Source: Nanobdellota archaeon
GTDB lineage: Archaea > Nanobdellota > Nanobdellia > Parvarchaeales > Parvarchaeaceae
DNA length: 64,000 nt
Assembly (NCBI GenBank): GCA_021794235.1
Contig: JAJYRE010000004.1
Location: 10,920-74,919 of the forward strand
Reading direction: 5' to 3'
Shown: positions 35,972 to 43,828 of the stretch, in pieces
Layout of the letters: each line of letters begins with the position of its first letter
Numbering within the stretch: position 1 is the first letter of the stretch
Notes under the pieces: generated by a model
The model's database searches: none
Seen by the model: only the letters and a program-made list of their open reading frames with translations
What the model was told of the DNA's origin: nothing
Translations under genes and position numbers: made by a program

Positions 35972-36988
35972 ATGAATAGTCCGAGGCTAGCACTGTTAAT
36001 TTTCGATTCTGATTCGCTGAAGGAAGAGGAGAAGCTTAAGTTCCTTACAAAGATAGATGATTCCCTGGACGAGAAGGCCATAGTCATAATAGATTCAAAC
36101 TATCCAAAAACAGAGTTCAAAAACCTGAAATTAGTCCAATTCTCCCACAATCCTAACATAGGCGACACAATAAGACTGGGCTTTTCAGCCGCCCTTAACC
36201 TCGGAGTAGAGAAGATCGTCACCTTCGAAGGATACGCGGTTCACAACGCCGTGTGGTTCCTGAAGTACATAAACGGGGGAAATCTTATAGTGTCGAGGAA
36301 AAGGAATCTGGCGGAGATGGTAGTAACGGAGATCGCCAACGTTTTAGCATTCGGAAACGCTTATAACGGGTTTTCATTAAACAGGATCTATACCAGGGAC
36401 GCGGCAGAGCTGCTGATGGAGACTAAGCTGAGTGACAAGGCATTCCTCGTCGAATCGGTAAATCTTCTCAACTCCGGAAACATACCTATAACGGAGATAA
36501 TAAGCGACGATTACGAGAAGAGGACCCCCGACTTCAATCTGAAGGAGAGCGTCGAATCGATACTAAAGAGCTTCAACAGGACATCAGTCCTGTTCAGCGT
36601 CGTATCCTCCCTTTCGTATATGATAAACCTGATTGCAGTTTACCTAAGCCTTAGCCTGGGTCTTTTCTATCCCATAGCGGTGCTGATAGCGGGGGAGATA
36701 AGCGGACTCTCTAACTTCATGATGAACGAGAAGATGAACTTCAGGAACAGGGGACTGCTGAATTCGGCATACAGGCTAGGAAAGTTTAACGCCCTGCTTC
36801 TATGCGCCCTTGCGGCAGACATACTGATAATAAGCGTCATAGCAAGATACTCTTACGTGCTCGGGAAGACAGCCTTTACTACGATATCCCTGATGTCTAT
36901 AATAGCGGTATCGACCTCCTCGATGTTCATAATGAACAAGTTCGTATGGTCAAAAGACAATCATAGACGCGTATACCTAGAGGATTAA
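35972..36988 (+). CDS. Putative glycosyltransferase-like protein with a C-terminal GtrA-like membrane domain
   Basis: 338 aa. The N-terminal ~200 aa are soluble and GT-A-like (weak, by eye); the C-terminal part has about 4 TM helices. Assignment is tentative. Confidence 0.35.
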   Translation: MNSPRLALLIFDSDSLKEEEKLKFLTKIDDSLDEKAIVIIDSNYPKTEFKNLKLVQFSHNPNIGDTIRLGFSAALNLGVEKIVTFEGYAVHNAVWFLKYINGGNLIVSRKRNLAEMVVTEIANVLAFGNAYNGFSLNRIYTRDAAELLMETKLSDKAFLVESVNLLNSGNIPITEIISDDYEKRTPDFNLKESVESILKSFNRTSVLFSVVSSLSYMINLIAVYLSLSLGLFYPIAVLIAGEISGLSNFMMNEKMNFRNRGLLNSAYRLGKFNALLLCALAADILIISVIARYSYVLGKTAFTTISLMSIIAVSTSSMFIMNKFVWSKDNHRRVYLED

Positions 36989-36994
36989 ATAATA

Positions 36995-37082
36995 TGGACC
37001 GGGAGGGATTTGAACCCTCAGTCTTCGCCATTTTCGAAAAAAAGCTTGCGAAAGCGACGTCATGCCGTTGGACCACCGGCCC
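36995..37082 (-). tRNA. tRNA-Ala(CGC) with a 16-nt intron in the anticodon loop
   Basis: Reverse complement is GGGCCGG-TG-GTCC-AACGGCA-TGAC-G-TCGCT-TTCGCA[AGCTTTTTTTCGAAAA]T-GGCGA-AGACT-GAGGG-TTCAAAT-CCCTC-CCGGTCC-A. The G3-U70 alanine identity pair is present. Confidence 0.85.
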
Positions 37083-37121
37083 ACGTATTCTATATAAAAG
37101 CGTCCAGAATAAATAGTTGAT

Positions 37122-37556
37122 ATGAAAAGACAGACTTTGTTGGAAAGAACCATCCTTGAAAACCCTACATTCTTCATATTCATAGGAATACTCCTGGCAA
37201 TAATCTTCGCAAGAACTTACGTGGCCTTCGGGGGAAACATAAACCTCGAGGTGGACGGAGTGGTGGTGCACCATTTCTTCATAGGCATAATATTCGTCAT
37301 AGTGAGCGGGCTGGTATTCTTCGCCTTCAACAAAGACCTGACCAAGAACAAATATCTGATGGATCTGCTGGCTATGGCGTTCGGTTTCGGAACGGGCCTG
37401 ATAGTAGACGAAGCGAATTTCCTGATAAGTACCGGGGAGATCTACACGCTGACGCAGTACTACAGCGTCTATAACATCATAGTAGAGCTGGCGGTCCTTG
37501 CTATAATCGGTATAATCTTTGTAGCCAGTCTGGTAAGAGGCAGGGCAAAGCTTTGA
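37122..37556 (+). CDS. Polytopic small membrane protein
   Basis: 144 aa, about 4 TM helices. No family assigned. Confidence 0.5.
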   Translation: MKRQTLLERTILENPTFFIFIGILLAIIFARTYVAFGGNINLEVDGVVVHHFFIGIIFVIVSGLVFFAFNKDLTKNKYLMDLLAMAFGFGTGLIVDEANFLISTGEIYTLTQYYSVYNIIVELAVLAIIGIIFVASLVRGRAKL

Positions 37557-37633
37557 TGTGCAGCAGAAAAATTCTGCACTTTTTTAAAGTTTAATAGGAA
37601 GATACCCCCTTCTTGATATAAGGGAGGTGTATT

Positions 37634-38017
37634 ATGGGAAAGCTTGAAAAGTTTTTAGCGGTGTATGATGTGAAGAGAGAGGTAGGAACCTATCACGATT
37701 ATTCCGGTAGCGTGTCTCTGCGCCCAATGTACTCGCATTCTTATTCGATTTACCAGTTCAGGGCTAAGAACTACGATTCGGCAAAGGAGAAGGCCGTAAA
37801 TGTCCTGAAAAAATTTAACATAGGTCTTGATAAAGTTAATGAGGTGGAGCTGCCAGACGACTCCAAGTCTCTGGAGCTGATAGTGCTGGCAAACATTTCT
37901 GGAAAAGTAGAGACGAACCCGGTATCAAACATAAGTTTCAAGAACTTCCGTGAGCAGGCTCTTGAACTAGAAGACAAAAGCATATGGATAGAAAAGCTCA
38001 GCGCATTCCGCAGCTAA
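37634..38017 (+). CDS. Hypothetical cytoplasmic protein
   Basis: 127-aa ORF preceded by a strong SD (gggaggtgtattATG). Confidence 0.5.
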   Translation: MGKLEKFLAVYDVKREVGTYHDYSGSVSLRPMYSHSYSIYQFRAKNYDSAKEKAVNVLKKFNIGLDKVNEVELPDDSKSLELIVLANISGKVETNPVSNISFKNFREQALELEDKSIWIEKLSAFRS

Positions 38018-38020
38018 TTT

Positions 38021-38488
38021 TCAGGCGGCTACATCGGCTATGGTAGCTGAATCATAGTCGGCTAATTTTTTTGGATCAATGGAGAACACAACGTTCGCCT
38101 CTCCGCACGCCGCCCATATCCTGTCATAGTCCAACAGCTTCTTGTCGAAGATGATAGACTTTATTCTATCAGTCCTTAAAGGGGGCACTCCGCCTATTTC
38201 GAACCCGCTGGCTGTCCTGACGAAATCCGGGTCGGCCTTGTGTACGTTTTTTCCAATAAGTGCGCTAACAATAGCCTCATTTATCCTGTCGCCCCCGTTT
38301 GCAATTACTAGGACTGCATCACCGCCGTCGGCTGAGAAGACAATCGACTTCGCAATCTGCCCTACATCACACCCTATAAGTCTGGCGGCGTCCGAAGCCC
38401 TGGCAGCGGGTTCTCCGAACTCAAGTATCCTTATATCCAGGCCGCCTTTTTGCAGCTTTTCTGCGACTTCCCTCGTTTCCTTTTTCAT
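38021..38488 (-). CDS. YbaK/EbsC-type aminoacyl-tRNA editing (deacylase) domain protein
   Basis: 155 aa. ..IAKSIVFSADGGDAVLVIANGGDRINE....GFEIGGVPP.. is typical of the YbaK/ProRS-associated domain. Confidence 0.7.
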   Translation of the reverse strand: MKKETREVAEKLQKGGLDIRILEFGEPAARASDAARLIGCDVGQIAKSIVFSADGGDAVLVIANGGDRINEAIVSALIGKNVHKADPDFVRTASGFEIGGVPPLRTDRIKSIIFDKKLLDYDRIWAACGEANVVFSIDPKKLADYDSATIADVAA

Positions 38489-38526
38489 AGGCTATTTTGT
38501 TTTCATATCTTTAGATAGATTTAAAT

Positions 38527-38961
38527 TTGAATGAATTGTTAATAAATACCATGATATTTAACGGAAAGGATTCTATTTTAGGAAGACTGTCGACAGAGGC
38601 CGCAAAAGCCGCTCTCGAGGGAGACGAAGTCGTAATCGTAAACGCGAACGACATAGTCATAATCGGCGGAAAGAATTCCATTGTTTACAAGTACAAGGAG
38701 AGAAGGAGGATAGGTACGATGGCAAAGGGACCTTTCTTCCCCAGGACTACTATCGGAATAGTAAAGAGATCCATAAGGGGAATGGTAAAGAGAAAGAGGT
38801 CCAAGGGAATGGACGCTTTCAGAAGGATAAAGGTATACGAGGGTGTACCTGAAGAGTATAAAAACAAAGAGATGATAGATACTGCTAAAGTAAAGATGGA
38901 CAGGCCCGTTCACAAGATAAAAGTGAGCGAGCTGGCAAACATCCTAAAACAGAATATATGA
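38527..38961 (+). CDS. rpl13: 50S ribosomal protein L13 (uL13)
   Basis: ..GKDSILGRLSTEAAKAALEGDEVVIVNANDIVI.G........YK...... Adjacent to uS9 as in the conserved operon. The start could be the internal ATG (MIFNG). Confidence 0.9.
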   Translation: MNELLINTMIFNGKDSILGRLSTEAAKAALEGDEVVIVNANDIVIIGGKNSIVYKYKERRRIGTMAKGPFFPRTTIGIVKRSIRGMVKRKRSKGMDAFRRIKVYEGVPEEYKNKEMIDTAKVKMDRPVHKIKVSELANILKQNI

Positions 38962-39353
38962 AAAAGAATAACGTAGTGATTGCAAAGAGAAAGACGACCA
39001 TAGCAAGCGCCGTGGCGACAGAGGGCGAGGGGAAGGTCACTATAAACAACAGGGGCATAGCCGCCTACAATGATAACCTGTTCAGATTGATAGTATCGGA
39101 ACCGCTGGAGCTATCCGACGGGCTGTACAAGAAATACGATATTAGCGTCACAGTAAACGGCGGCGGGAACACCTCCCGTGCACAGGCTATTCGTTCGGTT
39201 ATAGCGAAGGCGCTTGTAAAGAAGGAGAAGTCGCTCAGAAAGGTATTCTTAGAGTATGACAGGGCGATGCTTGTAGACGACAAGAGACAGACGGAACCTC
39301 AGAAACCGTACCGCAGTGCTGCAAGGGCAAGAAGACAGACAAGTTACAGGTAG
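38958..39353 (+). CDS. rps9: 30S ribosomal protein S9 (uS9)
   Basis: 131 aa. GGGNTSRAQAIRSVIAKAL and the C-terminus ..RARRQTSYR. ATGA overlap with uL13. Confidence 0.9.
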   Translation: MKKNNVVIAKRKTTIASAVATEGEGKVTINNRGIAAYNDNLFRLIVSEPLELSDGLYKKYDISVTVNGGGNTSRAQAIRSVIAKALVKKEKSLRKVFLEYDRAMLVDDKRQTEPQKPYRSAARARRQTSYR

Positions 39354-39394
39354 AATCCAGCTTTACCCGGGAAAACGAGATTTTTTGCCTTTAC

Positions 39395-39610
39395 TTATAT
39401 TACGATCTCGTTCTTCGCGGCCCATGCGAGTAGCGTTATTATGTCCTTGAGGGAGTATTTTCTGGCTTCATCAGGTATTGCTTCCAGTATCCTCTCGAGA
39501 CTCGGTACATAGCTCTTAAGCCCCGATGGTATTATAGAATAAGCTTTTACCAGGGAGGTAAGTATGACTTCTGCGTCAGAGTTGCTTATATCGGTACCTA
39601 TAAACCCCAT
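39395..39610 (-). CDS. Hypothetical small protein
   Basis: 71-aa ORF only. Confidence 0.3.
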   Translation of the reverse strand: MGFIGTDISNSDAEVILTSLVKAYSIIPSGLKSYVPSLERILEAIPDEARKYSLKDIITLLAWAAKNEIVI

Positions 39611-39613
39611 ACT

Positions 39614-39877
39614 TTAGTAGAACTTGTAGTACTTGCCCATCTTGGAGACTCTGAAACTTATACCCATAAGTACTATGCCCACAACCGCGATTATGAGTGT
39701 GGTATACGCCATATTCAGAGGAGAACTGGACAGGTAAGTTGTAATCTGATTGGAGTAAGGGAAAGTTGCCCCTATGAAAAGCGCTCCTCCGACTGCCAGT
39801 AGAACCAAGCCTAGCAAAAACAATGACTTTATCATACTATTAAACTGATTTTTCTTTAATTTATCCTTTTCCGCCAT
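39614..39877 (-). CDS. Small two-TM membrane protein
   Basis: 87 aa with two clear hydrophobic helices. Confidence 0.4.
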   Translation of the reverse strand: MAEKDKLKKNQFNSMIKSLFLLGLVLLAVGGALFIGATFPYSNQITTYLSSSPLNMAYTTLIIAVVGIVLMGISFRVSKMGKYYKFY

Positions 39878-39922
39878 GTAAAGTTTATATACGTCTACAT
39901 CCTACTTTGATGATATACTACT

Positions 39923-40435
39923 ATGTTCAAGAAAAAATGTCAATTCTGCGGCGAACCCGTACAGAAGGAGTGGAAATTCTGCCCACAGTGCGGCAGACCT
40001 CTGCACACACAGGGCCTTAACATAAGCGGGATAAATATAGACGTCACTAAAATGATAGGCCAGCTCATGCCACAGATCTTCAACAGCGTTGTCAACGGTA
40101 ACTTCTCCGATGCAGGCAGTCCAGCGTCCCCGAAGACCAGACAGGGCTCGAAATCCAGCAGGGAGACCGCCAGTAAGATGACAGGCGCGAGCAAGGTTGT
40201 AGAACCGGAGGATCTGGTATCCAATTACGGCGACACGATAGTACACTCGATATCATTGCCTGGTGTAAAGAACAAAACCGACATAGAAGTCAATAAGATG
40301 GAGAATTCTATAGAGGTAAGGGCAGTTTCGGGAAGCAAGCTGTACCTAAAGATACTTCAGAGAGAAAAGGGCCAGGGGCTTATCTCTGAGGAATTTGTAA
40401 ATGAAAATCTTGTTCTTGTTCTAAAGAAAGCGTAA
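39923..40435 (+). CDS. Zinc-ribbon protein fused to an Hsp20/alpha-crystallin-like domain
   Basis: N-terminus CQFCGEPVQKEWKFCPQCG. C-terminus VEPEDLVSNYGDTIVHSISLPGVKNKTDIEVNKMENSIEVRA....YLKIL resembles the ACD core (..LPGV.k.dI.v.v....l.I.a). Confidence 0.5.
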   Translation: MFKKKCQFCGEPVQKEWKFCPQCGRPLHTQGLNISGINIDVTKMIGQLMPQIFNSVVNGNFSDAGSPASPKTRQGSKSSRETASKMTGASKVVEPEDLVSNYGDTIVHSISLPGVKNKTDIEVNKMENSIEVRAVSGSKLYLKILQREKGQGLISEEFVNENLVLVLKKA

Positions 40436-40475
40436 AAAGTAAAAAAATAAAAATTAAAAGGGATTTTTTTATTGA

Positions 40476-40598
40476 TCACTCTAGGTCTTCTTCTTCGGAC
40501 TCTTCGTATTCTTCTTCCAAGTCCTCATCGTCAAGTCCGACTTCTTCCTCGTCTATTATTTCGTCGTCATTGACTTCTTCTACCTTTTTCTTTGCCAT
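40476..40598 (-). CDS. 40-aa hyper-acidic micro-protein (candidate)
   Basis: Below the track cutoff. My translation is MAKKKVEEVNDDEIIDEEEVGLDDEDLEEEYEESEEEDLE*. Preceded by the SD caggagggta. Confidence 0.3.
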   Translation of the reverse strand: MAKKKVEEVNDDEIIDEEEVGLDDEDLEEEYEESEEEDLE

Positions 40599-40802
40599 TT
40601 TACCCTCCTGGTTTTACTCATACACAAATGTTTTGTGTACTTACTTTTATGAGATTAGTCTTCCTTATAAATGTTTTCATACCCAGTCGTGTTTGGAATT
40701 AGTCCAAATACCCTTAAAAAGGGCGTTTTAACAGCGTAGAGGCCTAATAAACTTTTAACCGCCGGCGGCGTATTACTCCAAAGACGCGTGGTATCCAGTT
40801 TT

Positions 40803-41120
40803 ATGATATACAAAAAAGATACGAAGAGATTCACCAGGGATTTCGATGAGCTTTTGGAGATGTCCATAGGGGCGTTCGATGCAGACAAGGAGCTCTCGGA
40901 CCGGTACGCTAGCATCGCCTATAACCTCCTGAAATCGAAAAAGGCCAGGCCGGAGCGGAATAAAAAAGTTTTAATATGTAAAAATTGTACTAAAATACTT
41001 ATACCGAGTAAGACAGCAGTTGTAAGACTTGAAAAAGGTTTTTTAGTTTACAAATGTTTAAATTGCGGTAACGTAAGGAGAATAGGATATGATCAAAGGA
41101 TACGACGTAAATCAGATTGA
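40803..41120 (+). CDS. rnp4: RNase P protein component 4 (Rpr2/RPP21)
   Basis: ..LSDRYASIAYNLLKSKKARPERNKKVLICKNCTKILIPSKTAVVRLEKGFLVYKCLNCGNVRR is the Rpr2 zinc-ribbon architecture. ATG at 40803; the track ORF starts at a GTG at 40788. Confidence 0.8.
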   Translation: MIYKKDTKRFTRDFDELLEMSIGAFDADKELSDRYASIAYNLLKSKKARPERNKKVLICKNCTKILIPSKTAVVRLEKGFLVYKCLNCGNVRRIGYDQRIRRKSD

Positions 41121-41517
41121 ATTAGTCAGAGCACTATCCAAGGAATTGGAAGAGAAGAAGTCGCTTCAGCCACCCGTGTGGTCGAATTTTGTAAAAACGG
41201 GTGCTTCGAAAGACAGAGTACCACAGGAGAGCAACTGGTGGTACATGAGGGGGGCCAGCATACTAAGAAGACTCTATATGAGTCCAAAGCCTATAGGCGT
41301 TAACCGACTCAGGAAGATCTACGGTACTACAGAGAGAAACAGATACAGCGGAAAACACTTCAAACAGGCGGGAGGGGCCATAATAAGAAAACTGCTGCAG
41401 CAGCTTGAAAGCTCTGAACTGATAAAGAAGGTAAAAGTAGATAACCATTACGGAAGAAGGATAACAAACAAAGGAGTCTCTTTAGTGGACAAAGTGGCTA
41501 AGGGTATTTCAAAATAA
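41089..41517 (+). CDS. rps19e: 30S ribosomal protein S19e
   Basis: 142 aa. ..PPVWSNFVKTGASKDRVPQESNWWYMRGASILRRLY...PIGV.RLRKIYG. Confidence 0.9.
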   Translation: MIKGYDVNQIELVRALSKELEEKKSLQPPVWSNFVKTGASKDRVPQESNWWYMRGASILRRLYMSPKPIGVNRLRKIYGTTERNRYSGKHFKQAGGAIIRKLLQQLESSELIKKVKVDNHYGRRITNKGVSLVDKVAKGISK

Positions 41518-41524
41518 ACACGAT

Positions 41525-41812
41525 ATGAACACTATGGTAGAACAAAACGCTCAAAACATCGAACAGAGGCGTCAGTTCGAGATGATGAAAAAGGAAATGC
41601 TCGCAAAATTCCTGACGAAGGAAGCAAGGGAGAGACTCGGCAACGTAAGGATATCCAGACCGGATATCGCGGAAGAAGTCGAGAACATGATACTCCAGTC
41701 GGCTATGGCAAACAGGCTCAAGTCCGTCATAGACGACAAGAAGCTCAAGGAGCTCCTGCAGGCAATATCCCAGCCGAAGAGGGAGCAGAAAATAAATTTT
41801 AACAGGAAGTGA
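41525..41812 (+). CDS. PDCD5/TFAR19-family dsDNA-binding protein
   Basis: 95 aa. ..LAKFLTKEARERLGNVRISRPDIAEEVENMILQ.A. In the conserved position between S19e and L39e. Confidence 0.8.
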   Translation: MNTMVEQNAQNIEQRRQFEMMKKEMLAKFLTKEARERLGNVRISRPDIAEEVENMILQSAMANRLKSVIDDKKLKELLQAISQPKREQKINFNRK

Positions 41813-41816
41813 AATT

Positions 41817-41963
41817 ATGTCAAGGAACAAAACGGCAGTAAAGAAGAGACAGATGATAAAGCACGCAAAGAAGGTGAGTAGACCGCCGGTATTCGCTCAG
41901 TTGAGAAAGTACGGGACCAGGAGAACTGACAGGTCCAGGATGAACAGGAATGTAGGTAGCTAA
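41817..41963 (+). CDS. rpl39e: 50S ribosomal protein L39e
   Basis: Below the track cutoff. My translation is MSRNKTAVKKRQMIKHAKKVSRPPVFAQLRKYGTRRTDRSRMNRNVGS*. It is highly basic, starts like L39e (M.RNK...KK), and sits in the conserved position before L31e. Confidence 0.75.
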   Translation: MSRNKTAVKKRQMIKHAKKVSRPPVFAQLRKYGTRRTDRSRMNRNVGS

Positions 41964-41965
41964 AT

Positions 41966-42262
41966 ATGACAGAACAAAGGATAATGACGATAAACATGAG
42001 ACCAGCTATGGAAGCGGTGCCCGTCTACAGGAGAGCGGCAGCGGCCGTAAAGTTCATGCAGACTTTCATTAAGAGGCACATGAAGGCCGAGGATGTCAAG
42101 ATAGATATAGGAGTCAACGATGAGGTATTCAAGAGAGGCATCAAGAATCCCCCTACCAAGATTAGAGTTCTTTGCTCAAAGGACGATAAGAAGGTAGTAA
42201 CCGTCAGTCTGATAAAGGCTGCGGGTGAATCGACCCCGGCAGAAAATGGCAGCACCAAATGA
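41966..42262 (+). CDS. rpl31e: 50S ribosomal protein L31e
   Basis: 98 aa. ..RAAAAVKFMQTFIKRHMKAEDVKIDIGVNDEVFKRGIKNPPTKIRV. Confidence 0.9.
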   Translation: MTEQRIMTINMRPAMEAVPVYRRAAAAVKFMQTFIKRHMKAEDVKIDIGVNDEVFKRGIKNPPTKIRVLCSKDDKKVVTVSLIKAAGESTPAENGSTK

Positions 42263-42677
42263 AGACGCACTGAGTCAGCGTCTGTTAGAAATAGAATACA
42301 TAAGGAGAGAGTTAGAGGAATACATAACCGCCCTGAACAGTCTTCAGATAACACAAGAGTCCATAAACAGATCCCTGTCCGGATTGAGCGCAGTAAAGGG
42401 AGAATCCGATGTTTTTGTACCTTACAGCCAGGACATATTCTTCAAAGGCAAGCTTACCGAGGTAAACGAGGCGCTGGTCGGCATAGGCAGCAACGTATTC
42501 AAGAAATTTTCCATAGATAAACTTAAGGAAAAATTGGGAGGGGACCTCACAGAGATAAACGAAAGCATAAACAAGCTTGCCCAGATGATACAGAGCCTGC
42601 AGCAGGAAGGCTCCAGACTGGAGCAGGAGGCTAATAGAATGTACGAAGAGTACAGAACCGGTCTCCAGCACGGCTAG
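42246..42677 (+). CDS. pfdA: Prefoldin alpha subunit
   Basis: Coiled coil, then the central beta region (VFVPYSQDIFFKGKL.EVNEALVGIGSNVFKKFS), then a second coiled coil. In the conserved position upstream of ftsY. ATG at 42246 preferred over 42225. Confidence 0.7.
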   Translation: MAAPNEDALSQRLLEIEYIRRELEEYITALNSLQITQESINRSLSGLSAVKGESDVFVPYSQDIFFKGKLTEVNEALVGIGSNVFKKFSIDKLKEKLGGDLTEINESINKLAQMIQSLQQEGSRLEQEANRMYEEYRTGLQHG

Positions 42678-42679
42678 AT

Positions 42680-43828
42680 ATGTTTGATTTTCTAAAGAAA
42701 AAGATAAAGGACTCTATAAACAAGATCCAGAAGAAACTCGAGAAAGAAGAGATAGAGGATGAACTGACTGCAGAGGAGAAGCAGGCGATCGTAGAGAATC
42801 CCCAGATTGTGCTTCGCGAGGAAAAAGAAGGGACGCCGACAGTGCAGGAAACGGAAACTGAAGAAAAGAAACCCGAACCAAGGGAAATAAAACCAAAGCA
42901 GCACCGCGCAAAAACACCGGAGCCGAAGGCGGAAGAAAAACACAAGGAGAAAGAGACAGGAAAGAAAACCACGAAGAGGCTGCTATCCCACAGGATAAAC
43001 GAGGCTGACATAGAGGGTATATACCAGGAAATAAAATCAGATCTTGTAGAAAACAACGTCGCACTTTCTGTTGTAGAATCGATACATGCGGACTTGAAGA
43101 AAAATCTGCTTGGTAAGGACGTGTCAATGCTCGCGATAAAGAAGGAGGTCGAGGAGGCCATAAAGAACAGCATAAGTGATATACTTTTGGAGTATCCAAT
43201 GGATGCTATGTTCGCGACCATCAAGACAGCAAAACCTTTCATAATACTCCTTGTGGGTGTTAATGGGGCAGGAAAGACAACGACCCTTGCAAAGCTCTCA
43301 CAGTTCTTTATAGGGAAAAAGTTCAGGGTAGTTGCCTCGGCGAGCGATACCTTCAGGGCAGCATCGATAGAGCAACTGCAGATACACATGGACAAGCTCG
43401 GAGTAGATCTTGTAAAACACACTTACGGGGCTGATCCGGCAGCCGTAGCATTCGATGCGATAAAACACGCCAAGAATGTGGCCGCTGACGTGGTTCTTAT
43501 AGATACGGCGGGAAGGAGCGACATAAACAAGAACCTCATAGAAGAGCTAAAGAAAGTCAAGAGAGTAAGCAAGCCCAACCTGACCATATTTGTAGGCGAC
43601 GCCCTTACCGGCAACGATGCGGTAAAGCAGGCAGAGATATTTGACAGGGAAGTAGGGATAGATGCTAGTATAATATCAAAAGCCGACGTAGATAAGAAGG
43701 GCGGGGCTGTACTTTCGATATCCTATGTCACGAAGAAACCAATCATGTTTTTGGGTACTGGACAGGACTACCCAGATCTTATACCTTTCAATAAAGAACG
43801 AACGGCTGAGTTTTTACTCAAGGATTAG
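42680..43828 (+). CDS. ftsY: Signal recognition particle receptor FtsY
   Basis: 382 aa. Charged N-terminal region, then the NG domain: LLVGVNGAGKTTTLAKL, DTFRAA, DTAGR, SKADVD.KGG. Confidence 0.9.
   Translation: MFDFLKKKIKDSINKIQKKLEKEEIEDELTAEEKQAIVENPQIVLREEKEGTPTVQETETEEKKPEPREIKPKQHRAKTPEPKAEEKHKEKETGKKTTKRLLSHRINEADIEGIYQEIKSDLVENNVALSVVESIHADLKKNLLGKDVSMLAIKKEVEEAIKNSISDILLEYPMDAMFATIKTAKPFIILLVGVNGAGKTTTLAKLSQFFIGKKFRVVASASDTFRAASIEQLQIHMDKLGVDLVKHTYGADPAAVAFDAIKHAKNVAADVVLIDTAGRSDINKNLIEELKKVKRVSKPNLTIFVGDALTGNDAVKQAEIFDREVGIDASIISKADVDKKGGAVLSISYVTKKPIMFLGTGQDYPDLIPFNKERTAEFLLKD

Noticed and set aside
42631-43422. 263-aa minus-strand ORF opposite ftsY (with ORFs 42692-42943 and 42714-43199)
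   Set aside because: It is antisense to the charged, GA-rich N-terminal region of FtsY. The Ser/Phe low-complexity translation is a codon-bias shadow.
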